Shown: piece by piece, positions 7,352 to 16,473 of the stretch | How the letters are laid out: every line of letters begins with the position of its first letter | How positions within the stretch are numbered: position 1 is the stretch's first letter | From: Verrucomicrobiales bacterium | GTDB taxonomy: Bacteria > Verrucomicrobiota > Verrucomicrobiia > Verrucomicrobiales > V1-33 | Direction of reading: 5' to 3' | Assembly (NCBI GenBank): GCA_947462995.1 | Contig: CANHUG010000003.1 | Span: 1 to 37,230, forward strand | DNA: 37,230 nucleotides | The notes under the pieces: model-generated | What the model saw: the letters and a program-made list of their open reading frames with translations, nothing else | Told to the model about the DNA's origin: nothing | Database searches by the model: none | Position numbers and translations under genes: made by a program

Positions 7352-7561
7352 GGGATTGGCAGGGGAGAACGCGGGAGATTGTGGAGGAGAATGGGTGATG
7401 GGGAGGCGGGATGTAAATATGAACCTGCCGTAGATGATTGCCGGGAACAACGACTGGGGGAGGGGAGGGGATGCTCCGAGAGCGCGGGTGGTGGGTCCGG
7501 GTTTGTGCTGATTGACGGAAAGGGGTGGAGGGATGGTGGGGCGGGGCGATAGAATGGGGGG

Positions 7562-9481
7562 ATGCGGGATTTCATTCTTGGGACGGCTGGGCACATTGAC
7601 CATGGGAAGAGCACCTTGGTGGAGCGGCTGACGGGGACGGATCCGGACCGGTTGCCGGAGGAGAAGGCGCGTGGGATGACGATTGACCTTGGGTTTGCGC
7701 GATTGGTGCTGGCGGATCCGGCTGGGGGGGAGTTTGAGGTTGGGGTGGTGGATGTGCCTGGGCATGCGGATTTTGTGAAGAACATGGTGGCTGGGGTGGG
7801 GCGATTGGATGCGGTGCTGCTGGTGGTGGCGGCGGATGACGGGTGGATGCCGCAGACGGAGGAGCATGTGCAGATTCTGGAGTATCTGGGGGTGAGGCGC
7901 GGGGTGGTGGCGCTGACGAAGGCGGATGTGGTGGAGGATATCGGGCGGGTGGTGGAGGAGGTGCGGGGGAGACTGGAGGGGACGGTGTTTGCGGGGATGC
8001 GGGTGGTGCCGGTGGCGGCGTTGCGCGGGGAGGGGCTGGGGGAATTGCGGGAGGAATTGGCGCGTGTGCTGGCGGGGGTGCCGGAGAGCGGGGAGGCGGG
8101 GAAGCCGCGACTGCCGGTGGACCGGGTGTTTTCGCCGGTGGGGATTGGGACGGTAGTGACGGGGACGCTGGGTGGCGGGGAATTGGGGCGCGGGGATGAG
8201 GTGGTGGTGCAGCCGTCGGGGGAGCGGGTGCATGTGAGGGGATTGCAGCGGCATTACCGGCCGGTGATGCGGGTGGGGTCGGGGAGTCGGGTGGCGGTGC
8301 AGTTGTCGGATGTGGGGGTGGGGGAGCGAGGGGTACGCGGGGTGGTGGGGCGCGGGGACACGGTGGCGCTGTTAGGGATGGGGGAGGCGCATGACACCTT
8401 GGATGCGTTGCTGGTGATGACGGCGCGCGGGGACGGCGGGGAGCGGCGGTTGCGGCACGGGCAGCGGGTGGTGTGGCACCATGGGAGTGCGGAGGTGGAG
8501 GCGCAGGTGCTGCTGCAGGGTGAGCGGGAGTTAGTGGCGGGTGGTCGGGTGGTGGCGCAGTTGAGGTTTGAGGAGAAGGTGTATGCGTTCAGCGGCGATC
8601 GGTTTGTGGTGCGGGATGCGGCGCGGCGGCGGACGCTGGCTGGGGGAGTGGTGCTGGATGCGGAGGCGGAGCGGGCGAGGTTCCGGGATCCGAGGTTTCA
8701 GGTGTGCCGTGCGGCGTGGGGGGAAGCGGCGGACTATGTGGAGCGGGTGGTGGCGGCGCTGCTGGAGCGCGACGGGGCGCTGGAGCGGAGAGGATTGCTA
8801 GTGAAGAGCCGGTGGAGTGCGGAGGAGATTGCGGGAGCGGGGATGGCGCTGGTGGCGAAGGGTGTGGCGGAAGTGGCGGGCGGGTGGCTGGTGGGGTCCG
8901 GGTGGTGGCGGGAGCGGGTGGGAGTGGCTGGGGAGATGGTGCGGGCGTGGCACCGCGGGCATCCTGAGCGCGTGGGGATGGATGCGGCGGAATTTCAGCG
9001 AGGGTTGGTGGCGCTGGTTCCGGACGAGCGGCTGGTTGGGGGATTGGTGGCGGCGCTGGCGGAGGTGGGGTTTATCCGGAGCGGGAGGTATGTGAGGCAT
9101 GTGGCGCATCGGCCGGAGTTGCCGGGGCCGCTGGTGGCGGCGGGGAAGCGATTGCGGTCGCTGCTGGCGCTGAATGCGGTGGAGCCGCCGGGGCCTGGGG
9201 AACTGGTGCGGGATGCGGCGGATCGGCAGGCGCTGCAGTTTCTGGTGGAGACTGGGGAGGCGGTGGTGCTGGATCCGAAGGCGGTGATTTCAGCGGAAGG
9301 GTTGGCGGTGCTGACGCGGCGGATTGAGGGGCAGTTGCGGGAGCGCGGGCGGGCGACGGTCGCGGAATTGCGGGACGGGACAGGGACGACGCGGCGGATT
9401 CTGATTCCGCTGCTGGAGCGGCTGGACCGCGAAGGCGTGACCGTGCGCGACGGTGACTGGCGGCGGCTGAGGGACGGCTGA
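7562..9481 (+). CDS. selB: Selenocysteine-specific translation elongation factor
   Basis: GTAGHIDHGKS, DPDRLPEEKARGMTIDLGFA, DVPGH, TKAD, PVDRVF...GTVVTGT; C-terminal winged helix TRRILIPLLERLDREGVTVRDGDWR. Confidence 0.95.
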   Translation: MRDFILGTAGHIDHGKSTLVERLTGTDPDRLPEEKARGMTIDLGFARLVLADPAGGEFEVGVVDVPGHADFVKNMVAGVGRLDAVLLVVAADDGWMPQTEEHVQILEYLGVRRGVVALTKADVVEDIGRVVEEVRGRLEGTVFAGMRVVPVAALRGEGLGELREELARVLAGVPESGEAGKPRLPVDRVFSPVGIGTVVTGTLGGGELGRGDEVVVQPSGERVHVRGLQRHYRPVMRVGSGSRVAVQLSDVGVGERGVRGVVGRGDTVALLGMGEAHDTLDALLVMTARGDGGERRLRHGQRVVWHHGSAEVEAQVLLQGERELVAGGRVVAQLRFEEKVYAFSGDRFVVRDAARRRTLAGGVVLDAEAERARFRDPRFQVCRAAWGEAADYVERVVAALLERDGALERRGLLVKSRWSAEEIAGAGMALVAKGVAEVAGGWLVGSGWWRERVGVAGEMVRAWHRGHPERVGMDAAEFQRGLVALVPDERLVGGLVAALAEVGFIRSGRYVRHVAHRPELPGPLVAAGKRLRSLLALNAVEPPGPGELVRDAADRQALQFLVETGEAVVLDPKAVISAEGLAVLTRRIEGQLRERGRATVAELRDGTGTTRRILIPLLERLDREGVTVRDGDWRRLRDG

Positions 9482-9501
9482 GGGCGGTTGAGCCGCGGGG
9501 A

Positions 9502-11349
9502 TTACTTGGAGGCGCGGGGGCCGCCGAGGATTTTCTCGATGCGGACGCCGACGGCGTCTTCGAGGGCCATGAGGGCCTTATTGTAGTCGGCGTGGGCGTC
9601 GGAGCGGCCGATTTCCATTTGCTGGGCGAGGTCGGCGAACTCGTATTTCATGCGTTTCGGGCGCGTGTAGTCGTTGATGTCGACGGTACTGGCTTCGAGT
9701 TCGGCGATGGATTTGGAGGCGTCGGAGGCCTGGTCGCGGAGGGCTTTTTCGTAGCCGTCGAGTTGGGCGGAGGATTCCTTGAGGCGACGGATGGCGAGGG
9801 AGATTTCGGATTCGATGCGCTGGCGGTGGCGGCTGATCTGCTGGGCCCACGATTTGGCTTCTTCGGCGAAGGCTTTGTCGCGTTTGTTGATGCCGAGCCA
9901 GTTGAAGATGGGGAGTTCGACGGCGACGCGGACGAGGAACTGGTCCTGCTGGCCGGTGCGGCCGTCCTGCCACTGACGTTGCCAGCCGCCGTCGACGAAG
10001 GAGGCGAAGGGGACGCGGGCGGCGCGTTCGACTTTCATGCGGGCGGTGGCGATGGCCTGGCGGGCGCGGCTTTCGAGGACATCGGAGCGGTAGATCATGG
10101 CCATGTCGGTGAGCCATGCGGGGTCGAGGGCGGTGGGGTCGACGACGCGGCGCGGGGAGCCTGGGCCTGCGAGGATGCGGTCTGGTGAGGAGAGACCGCA
10201 GAGAGCGCCGAGCCAGTCGCGGGTGCGGGAGACGTCGTTCTGGAGTTCGCGGATGTCGATGAGCGCCTTGTGGATTTCGATCCGGGCGCGGGCCTTATCC
10301 ATGGCGAAGGCCGGCTGGTTGAGTTTTTCGAGTTCCGCGTGGAAGTCGCGATAGCCTTCGCGGCGTTTCTGCTGGGTGGCGAGCTGGTTTTCGAGGGCGG
10401 CGAGGTCCTGGATGAGGCCACGGACTTCGCGGACGAGCTTGTCTTCGTCGGCGAGGTACTCGGCTTCGGCGAGGGAGATTTCTGCGGCGGCGCGTTCGAA
10501 GAGGGCCTTGCGTTCGACTGGGTTGGGGAGGTTGAAGCGGAGGAGCATGCCGAACTGGTCCTGATCGGTCCAGTTTGGGGAGGCGACGGATTCGTTGGAG
10601 CGGCTGACGAGGCGGCGCTGGACGGATTCGTTCTGGCCGTCGCGGCGGGTGGCGGAGCCGAAGGTATCGGATTCGGTGCGGGTGCGGGTGCCGTTGGCGC
10701 GGTCTTCGCGGACCTCGTACGTGTTGGTGGTGATTTTGTCGATGCCTGCGCCGGGGGTGACGCGGCGTTCGATTTCGCGGTAGCGGCGGACGGAGGAAGT
10801 GCCTGAGGAGAGGTCGCTGGTGGATTCGCCGTAGCCGAGTTCGCCGAAGGAGGCGAGGGAGGAAGTGGAGTCCGAGCCGTTGAATTGCTCGGTGGTGCTG
10901 ATTTGTTCCCGGGAGGTTTCTGTGAACGGGATGCGGACCATGTCATCATCCTGCCATGCGTAGCTGAAGCGGAGTTCCGGGTTTTTCCAGACGACGGCGG
11001 CGCGGCGCTGGGCGTGGGCGGCGATGATGGAGACGCGGCGGCGTTCGAGTTCCGGGCTATTGGCGATGGCGAGGAGGATGAGGTCGTGTTCAGCGAGGGG
11101 CCCTGCGGAGGGGACCATGGCGATGAGGGCGTCTGCGGAGGGGACCTCGGTGGCGGCGGGCGCGGGAGGGGTGGGGGCGGGGGCCTTGGGTTTGGCGGCG
11201 GCTGGTTTTGGGGTGGGGGCAGCTGGCTGTGGGGCTGGCTGGGCGGGCGCCGGCTTTTTGGGATGGCGTTTGAAGATTCCGGCGGTGGAGACGGCGGTGG
11301 AGGCGAGCAGCAGCGCGGCGGCACTCGCGGTCAGAGGGAATCGGGTCAT
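9502..11349 (-). CDS. TolC/outer-membrane efflux family protein with a large insertion
   Basis: Signal peptide from MTRFPL (ATG 11349), Pro/Ala linker, ALANSPEL-like (AIANSPEL), NPELRFSY, FNLPNP, YRSDV, VELPIFNW, terminal ALMALEDAVG. Confidence 0.75.
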   Translation of the reverse strand: MTRFPLTASAAALLLASTAVSTAGIFKRHPKKPAPAQPAPQPAAPTPKPAAAKPKAPAPTPPAPAATEVPSADALIAMVPSAGPLAEHDLILLAIANSPELERRRVSIIAAHAQRRAAVVWKNPELRFSYAWQDDDMVRIPFTETSREQISTTEQFNGSDSTSSLASFGELGYGESTSDLSSGTSSVRRYREIERRVTPGAGIDKITTNTYEVREDRANGTRTRTESDTFGSATRRDGQNESVQRRLVSRSNESVASPNWTDQDQFGMLLRFNLPNPVERKALFERAAAEISLAEAEYLADEDKLVREVRGLIQDLAALENQLATQQKRREGYRDFHAELEKLNQPAFAMDKARARIEIHKALIDIRELQNDVSRTRDWLGALCGLSSPDRILAGPGSPRRVVDPTALDPAWLTDMAMIYRSDVLESRARQAIATARMKVERAARVPFASFVDGGWQRQWQDGRTGQQDQFLVRVAVELPIFNWLGINKRDKAFAEEAKSWAQQISRHRQRIESEISLAIRRLKESSAQLDGYEKALRDQASDASKSIAELEASTVDINDYTRPKRMKYEFADLAQQMEIGRSDAHADYNKALMALEDAVGVRIEKILGGPRASK

Positions 11350-11543
11350 CGGAGAAACGGAGATGGTGAGCGCTGGGGAGACAGGAAAAGGGATGAGGAG
11401 GCTTGCGCGGAGGACGCGAAGCCGGGCGATGCAAGCAGGAAACCGGAGACGGTGCAAGCTTCACTTCCACGCGCCCGCAAACCGGATGATCCGGGTGGAG
11501 GATGATGTAGTGGGATGAAGCGAGTCTGAAAATGGGGAAAATT

Positions 11544-12029
11544 TCAGGAGGGGAGGGGCTGGAGTGAGGCGATGAAGCGGGTGGGGTCGTCCGGGGAGAG
11601 GACGGCGGTGCGTTTATTCCAGCGGAGGATGACGGCGCAATGGGGGTCGGTGACGAAGGCGCGGTAGGAGCGGAGGGAGCGGTTCCAGTACCAACCGGAC
11701 CATGAGAAGCAGCCGCCGATGCCGAAGGTACGGAGACTGCCGCGCATGGCGCGGGGGTCAGCGGTGGCGGCGGTGAGGCCGGTGGTGGGGAGCCGGACGT
11801 TCCAGAGGAGGCGATGGATGATGATGGCGTCCTTGGTGATGGAGTAGCGGCGGATGGTGGAGAGACTGCAGGCGAGGATGAGGGCGGAGAGGAGTGGGGC
11901 GGCCCATGGGAGGGCGGGGCGGCCGACGAAGGCTGCGATGGTGAGCGCGAGGGCGATGGCGATGCCTGTGAAGGTGACGGCCTTGAGGGTGGTGCACCAT
12001 GGAGCGCGGAATTCGGAGGGGAGCGGCAT
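11544..12029 (-). CDS. Membrane protein with bacterial PH-like domain
   Basis: Two N-terminal TM helices, then YSITKDAIIIHRL, SLRTFGIGGCFSWSGWY, VLSPDDPTRF. Confidence 0.75.
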   Translation of the reverse strand: MPLPSEFRAPWCTTLKAVTFTGIAIALALTIAAFVGRPALPWAAPLLSALILACSLSTIRRYSITKDAIIIHRLLWNVRLPTTGLTAATADPRAMRGSLRTFGIGGCFSWSGWYWNRSLRSYRAFVTDPHCAVILRWNKRTAVLSPDDPTRFIASLQPLPS

Positions 12030-12046
12030 GGATTGGGTGGGTGGGT

Positions 12047-12087
12047 GGAAAGAGAAGCGCCCCGGACGGGGAGACCGGCCGGGGCGC
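12047..12087 (-). terminator. Intrinsic terminator
   Basis: GCGCCCCGG...CCGGGGCGC stem followed by UUCUCUUUCC on the minus strand, just downstream of 12115. Confidence 0.7.
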
Positions 12088-12114
12088 GAGAGAGGAGAGC
12101 GAGGGTGCCCTTGA

Positions 12115-12456
12115 TTATTTGGTCGCTGCAGGAGCTGCGGCTACGGCTGCGGCTGGAGCGGTGACGACAGGGAGGGGCGGGGCGATGGCGTCTTTGATTT
12201 TTTCGAGGCCGCGGTATTGTTTACCGTTTTTCTCGACCATGCCGCGGGAGACGAGGTTCTGGAGTTTTTCGTAAGCGCGGAGTCGGAGCATTTCTTCGCC
12301 GCCGCTGACGGCGTTGCGGAGTTTGAGATTTTCGTAAACGGCTTCAAAAAGGTCATTGAACTCGTAGATTTTCTTCTTCATCAGTGCTGCGACCAGTTCG
12401 TCGGTAACGTGATCGGGCAAGCGGCGGGAAAACCTTGTTCGTTTTGTGGTAGCCAT
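12115..12456 (-). CDS. Small basic hypothetical protein, possible winged-helix nucleic-acid binder
   Basis: MATTKRTRFSRRLPD...RLRAYEKLQNLVSRGMVEKNGKQY; own terminator; Ala/Pro tail. Confidence 0.8.
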   Translation of the reverse strand: MATTKRTRFSRRLPDHVTDELVAALMKKKIYEFNDLFEAVYENLKLRNAVSGGEEMLRLRAYEKLQNLVSRGMVEKNGKQYRGLEKIKDAIAPPLPVVTAPAAAVAAAPAATK

Positions 12457-12585
12457 AGGGAAGGAGGGTAGCACAAGGTGACGATTTTGCGACTGTTTTC
12501 GTTAAAGCAGAGCAAGTATTCTCAGAACTGAAAAGGCTGAGTGGAAGCGGGAGATGGGGGCGACGAAGGGGAGACGGGTGATTTC

Positions 12586-13338
12586 TTACTTTTGGGAATG
12601 ATCAGGAGGAGTTGATGGTTTCGGGGTGCGTTTGGGGACTCGTTGGGGTGTAGAGGGTTTGGGGGATGGAGATGAGGATGGATTGGGGGGTGGATTGGAG
12701 GAGCTTGCTGGCGGGAGGTTTTCGAAGAAGGGGGAGGCATCTGAGCCGTCGTCGAAGGAGCCGATGCCGCGGACGCCTTCTGAGGAGACTTCGAAGGCTT
12801 CGAGGCTGCAGGGCCATGTGGATTTCTGGTATTCGTCGATGACGCGTTTCCCGAATTCCTGGAAGCCGCTGAAGTTGCGGGGGAAGACGTAGAGGGTGAA
12901 GCGGTCTGGTGCGAGGACGACGAGTTGATCGCCGAAGGGTTTACGGAACTGGGCGTGGAATTCCTTGCAGAAGAAGACGGAGGCGGTGAGGTGGCTTCTG
13001 GAGCGGAGGGTGGCGTAGAGAGGTTCGCCGGCTTCGTTTTTCTCGATGCTGGGGGTGAGGGAGCGGAGGTGGCGAGCGGCGGCGGCTTCGGCGTCGCGGC
13101 GGAATTTGTCCCATGAGAGGCCGGTGGCGGCGAATTCTTCTTTGGAGAGGTGGACGATGCCGAGGTCGTCTTCGCGGGCTGGGATGAGGACGGTGAGGCG
13201 GGCGCCGGGGATGGGTTTGGCTAGGGAGGTGCGGAGGGAGGCTGGTTCGACGGCGAGGCAGCGTGGTTCCCGGGGAGGTTTGTCGGGTGCGGCGGCGGCG
13301 AGAGAGGGGATGAGGAGGGAGAGGAGCAGGGCACGCAT
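12586..13338 (-). CDS. Secreted hypothetical protein
   Basis: Signal peptide MRALLLSLLIPSLAAA; globular core; Pro/Ser-rich tail. Confidence 0.75.
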   Translation of the reverse strand: MRALLLSLLIPSLAAAAPDKPPREPRCLAVEPASLRTSLAKPIPGARLTVLIPAREDDLGIVHLSKEEFAATGLSWDKFRRDAEAAAARHLRSLTPSIEKNEAGEPLYATLRSRSHLTASVFFCKEFHAQFRKPFGDQLVVLAPDRFTLYVFPRNFSGFQEFGKRVIDEYQKSTWPCSLEAFEVSSEGVRGIGSFDDGSDASPFFENLPPASSSNPPPNPSSSPSPKPSTPQRVPKRTPKPSTPPDHSQK

Positions 13339-13454
13339 GGTAGCGGGAGCGGGAGTGTGGGAGAGGCCCGGCTTACGGATGGCAGCTTCTGGTTTTTGGG
13401 AAAGTGTGAAGAGACGGCGGTTTATGGGGGTGAGTATGGGACGGGCTTGGTGTG

Positions 13455-13481
13455 GAGGACGTGCGGGAGCACGTCCCTACC
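13455..13481 (-). repeat. GTAG-type REP palindrome
   Basis: GGTAGGGACGTGCTCCCGCACGTCCTC; 26/27 identical to 6164-6190; lies just after the stop of 13489-16407. Confidence 0.8.
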
Positions 13482-13488
13482 TTGGCGT

Positions 13489-16407
13489 TCAGCGGCGGCG
13501 GCTGGGGCGGTCGTCGGAGTTAGGGCGGCTGGGGCGATTCCGTGGGGAGACGTCCTGGCGGGCGATGGTGACTTGGCGTTCCGGGGCGAAGCGCCGGGAG
13601 TTGGAGGATTGTTCTTTGGAGCGCTGGCGTTCTGCGGCTTCGCGTTGTTGTTCAGCGGCGCGTTGACGTTGCTCGGCTTCGCGTTGTTGTTCAGCGGCGC
13701 GTTGACGTTGCTCGGCTTCGCGTTGTTGTTCCATGGCGCGCTGACGTTGCTCGGCCTCGCGTTGTTGTTCCATGGCGCGTTGGCGTTGTTCGGCTTCGCG
13801 TTGCTGTTCAGCGGCGCGCTGACGTTGCTCGGCCTCGCGTTGTTGTTCTGCGGCGCGCTGACGTTCTGCGGCTTCGCGCTGTTGTTCCATGGCGCGCTGG
13901 CGTTCTGCGGCTTCGCGTTGTTGTTCGAGGGCTTCGCGGCGAGCGGCGGCGGCTTGCTGCTGGCGTTGGTTGTCTTCGGCTTCGCGGGCGGCTTGTTCTT
14001 TGAGGGCCTGTTGGCGTGCGAGGGATTCGCGGCGTGAGTTTTCGAGTTGGGCCTGACGTTCGTTGGCGGCGGCGGCGGCGGCTTGTTCGTCGCGGGCGCG
14101 GGCGGCGAGTTCGGCGCGTTGGCGATCGACGGCCTCGCGTTGTTGTTCAGCGGCGCGCTGGCGTTCGGTGGCTTCGCGTTGTTGTTCGAGGGCTTCGCGG
14201 CGGGCGGCGGCCTGCTGCTGGCGCTGGGTGTCGTCGTTGGCGTTAGCGGCTTGTTCGTCGCGGGTGCGGGCGGCGAGTTCGGCGCGTTGGCGATCGACGG
14301 CTTCGCGTTGTTGTTCTGCGGCGCGCAGACGTTCGGTGGCTTCGCGTTGTTGTTCGAGGGCTTCGCGGCGAGCGGCGGCGGCCTGCTGCTGGCGATTGGT
14401 GTCGTCGGCGGTGGTGTCGGCTTGTTCTTTGGAGGCTTGCTGGCGGGCGAGGGATTCGCGGCGGGAGTTTTCGAGCTGGGCCTGACGTTCGTTGGCGGCG
14501 GCGGTGGCGGCTTGTTCCTCGCGGGTGCGGGCGGCGAGATCGGCGCGCTGGCGTTCGGCGGATTCGCGTTGTTGCGTTAGGGCCTCGCGGCGAGCGGCGG
14601 CGGTTTGCTGCTGGCGATTGGTGTCTTCGGTGTCGCGGGCGGCTTGTTCCTTGGAGGCTTGCTGGCGGGCTGAGGATTCGCGGCGTGAGCTTTCGAGCTG
14701 GGCCTGACGTTCGTTGGCGGCGGCAGCGGCGGCTTGTTCCTCGCGGGTGCGAGCGGCGAGCTCGGCGCGCTGACGTTCGGTGGCTTCGCGTTGTTGTTCC
14801 GCGGCGCGCTGGCGTTCGGTGGCTAGCTGCTGGCGCTGGGTGTCGTCGGTGGCGGTGGCGGTTTGATCCTCGCGGGGTTGCTGGTCGGTGGGGGTGTTAG
14901 GAGCGGGCTGCGGAGCTGGCGCGGATGGGGCGACGGCGTCTGGTTTGGCTGGGGAGCGGTCGGCGACGAGCGGGCGGGTGGCGGGGCGCTGAGGTTTGGT
15001 GACGGGGGCCGGGGTGGAGTCGGGGGAATCGGACTCGGGTTCGGCGACGGGGATGGCGCGAGGGATGCGTTGAGGGGGTGCGCTGGCGGTGGTTGGGGCG
15101 TCTGGTTTCGGGAGTTGGGCGAGGGATTCGCGGAGTGTGGCGATGCGTGTCTGGCGATCGGCGACGCGGCGGCCGGATTCGGATTCGGTGGCGAGGCGAG
15201 CGGAGTTGAGCTGGGCTTCGCGGTGGGAGCGGAACTGGGAGGCGAGTTTAGGGGAGAGACCGGACGGGCCGCGGACGATGTCACGCGAAGGGAGTGGACC
15301 GGCGGAATGGGCGGGGCGTTGTGAGGCGTTCCATGGTGTGTGGACGGCGGGTGCGAAGCAGGTGAGTTTTTTGCCTTCGCGTTGCCAGCGGTGCGGGCTG
15401 CCGTCGTGGTTAGGGCGGAAAGGATCACGGACGAGCGAGCAGACCTCGATGTCGCGTTTGAGGCGGGAGCGGAGCCATGAGCGTTCCGGGCCGCCGCAAT
15501 GGACGCTGCCGCGGTTGATGACGAGGCGGGTGATGTCGCGGGAGTTGGAGCAGCGAAGCCGGTTGTGGATGGGTGCTTCGCACCACTGAAGGATGGGTTG
15601 GTCGAAGCAGCGGGTGGGGACGAAGCACCATGATTCGGTGGCGAGGCCCCATGATGAGGAGCTGCTCCATGTGCCGTTGTTGAGGCAGAGCGTTTCGGGA
15701 GGGAGCGGGCACCAACCGACGTGGGAATCGCTGCTGCGCCATGCGACCCATGCGGGTGCCCAGACGTCGCCGGGGATCCAGACCCAGCCGCAGCCGCGGA
15801 CGATGGCCCAGCGGCCGTAGTGATAGGTGGCCCAGCCGAAGGGTTCATCGGAGCACCATGTCCAGCCGGCGTCGGTGGAGGTCCATGAGCCGACGGAATA
15901 GGGACGCCATGAGGAAGCGGAGGCGGCCTGAGGTTGCCAGACGAAGCCGTAGTCGGCGCTTTCGAACCAGCGGCCGTGGGGTTCGAGTTCGTTGTAGAAG
16001 AGATTGTAGTCGGCGCGTGGCGTGGTGGGGACGTCGGCGGTGTCTTTGGAAGATTGCGAAGATTCAGAGGATTTCGGGAGCGTGCGGGAGTTGGCGGCTT
16101 CGGATTCGCGGAGCCAGAGGGCGCGTTCGCGTTCGAGGAGTTTTTCTTCGGCGGCGAGTTCGGCTTCGGTGGCGGCGAGTTTGGCTTCGGCGGCTTCGCG
16201 CTGGAGACGTGCTTCGGTGAGGGCGAGTTCTGCTTCGCGCTGGGCGAGGGCTTCGCTTTGGGCGGCGAGTTCTTCCGGGGAGGGGCCTTGGGGTGCGGCT
16301 GGGGGGGGAGCCGGTGGGGGTGGCTGGGAGGCGGAGGGCGTTGGGGATTTTCCGCAGCTGGCGAGGGCGAGGGAGAGTGCGGCGAGGGCGGGCAGAGGGG
16401 ATTTCAT
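13489..16407 (-). CDS. Lipoprotein with DUF6600-like Trp-rich domain and long Q/R/E/A repeat coiled coil
   Basis: Lipobox LAS-C; FYNELEPHGRW...WRPY...GWTWCSDEPFGWATYHYGRW...WAPAWVAWR...GWCPLPP; C-terminal EQQREAEQRQRA repeats. Confidence 0.85.
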   Translation of the reverse strand: MKSPLPALAALSLALASCGKSPTPSASQPPPPAPPPAAPQGPSPEELAAQSEALAQREAELALTEARLQREAAEAKLAATEAELAAEEKLLERERALWLRESEAANSRTLPKSSESSQSSKDTADVPTTPRADYNLFYNELEPHGRWFESADYGFVWQPQAASASSWRPYSVGSWTSTDAGWTWCSDEPFGWATYHYGRWAIVRGCGWVWIPGDVWAPAWVAWRSSDSHVGWCPLPPETLCLNNGTWSSSSSWGLATESWCFVPTRCFDQPILQWCEAPIHNRLRCSNSRDITRLVINRGSVHCGGPERSWLRSRLKRDIEVCSLVRDPFRPNHDGSPHRWQREGKKLTCFAPAVHTPWNASQRPAHSAGPLPSRDIVRGPSGLSPKLASQFRSHREAQLNSARLATESESGRRVADRQTRIATLRESLAQLPKPDAPTTASAPPQRIPRAIPVAEPESDSPDSTPAPVTKPQRPATRPLVADRSPAKPDAVAPSAPAPQPAPNTPTDQQPREDQTATATDDTQRQQLATERQRAAEQQREATERQRAELAARTREEQAAAAAANERQAQLESSRRESSARQQASKEQAARDTEDTNRQQQTAAARREALTQQRESAERQRADLAARTREEQAATAAANERQAQLENSRRESLARQQASKEQADTTADDTNRQQQAAAARREALEQQREATERLRAAEQQREAVDRQRAELAARTRDEQAANANDDTQRQQQAAARREALEQQREATERQRAAEQQREAVDRQRAELAARARDEQAAAAAANERQAQLENSRRESLARQQALKEQAAREAEDNQRQQQAAAARREALEQQREAAERQRAMEQQREAAERQRAAEQQREAEQRQRAAEQQREAEQRQRAMEQQREAEQRQRAMEQQREAEQRQRAAEQQREAEQRQRAAEQQREAAERQRSKEQSSNSRRFAPERQVTIARQDVSPRNRPSRPNSDDRPSRRR
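13618..14850 (-). repeat. Intragenic tandem repeats (39/42-bp units plus longer nested units)
   Basis: Repeated plus-strand GGCTTCGCGTTGTTGTTC blocks; protein units AEQQREAEQRQRA and NERQAQLE.SRRES.ARQQA.KEQA (x3). Confidence 0.9.
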
Positions 16408-16473
16408 GGAAAGCGGCAGGGAGGTGCGTGCGATGAGACGCAGGGCGCCTGCCGGATATTCAATCCGATGGGA

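Noticed and set aside
7405-7440. Possible CarH-type 11-bp direct-repeat operator (TCTACG/TTCATA/TTTACA on the minus strand)
   Set aside because: Matches are weak and the third is out of 11-bp phase.
7352-8254. N-terminal 300-aa extension of the 638-aa ORF 6338-8254
   Set aside because: His/Pro/Arg-rich antisense of selB; the MerR HTH begins at ATG 7351.
7352-9501. tRNA-Sec (selC) next to selB
   Set aside because: No cloverleaf or T-loop GTTCRA signature seen in the flanking intergenic regions; no tRNA or rRNA recognised anywhere in the window.
13357-14580. Plus-strand hydrophobic repeat ORFs (GALTLLGFALLF)n
   Set aside because: Antisense of the QQREA repeats of the lipoprotein gene.
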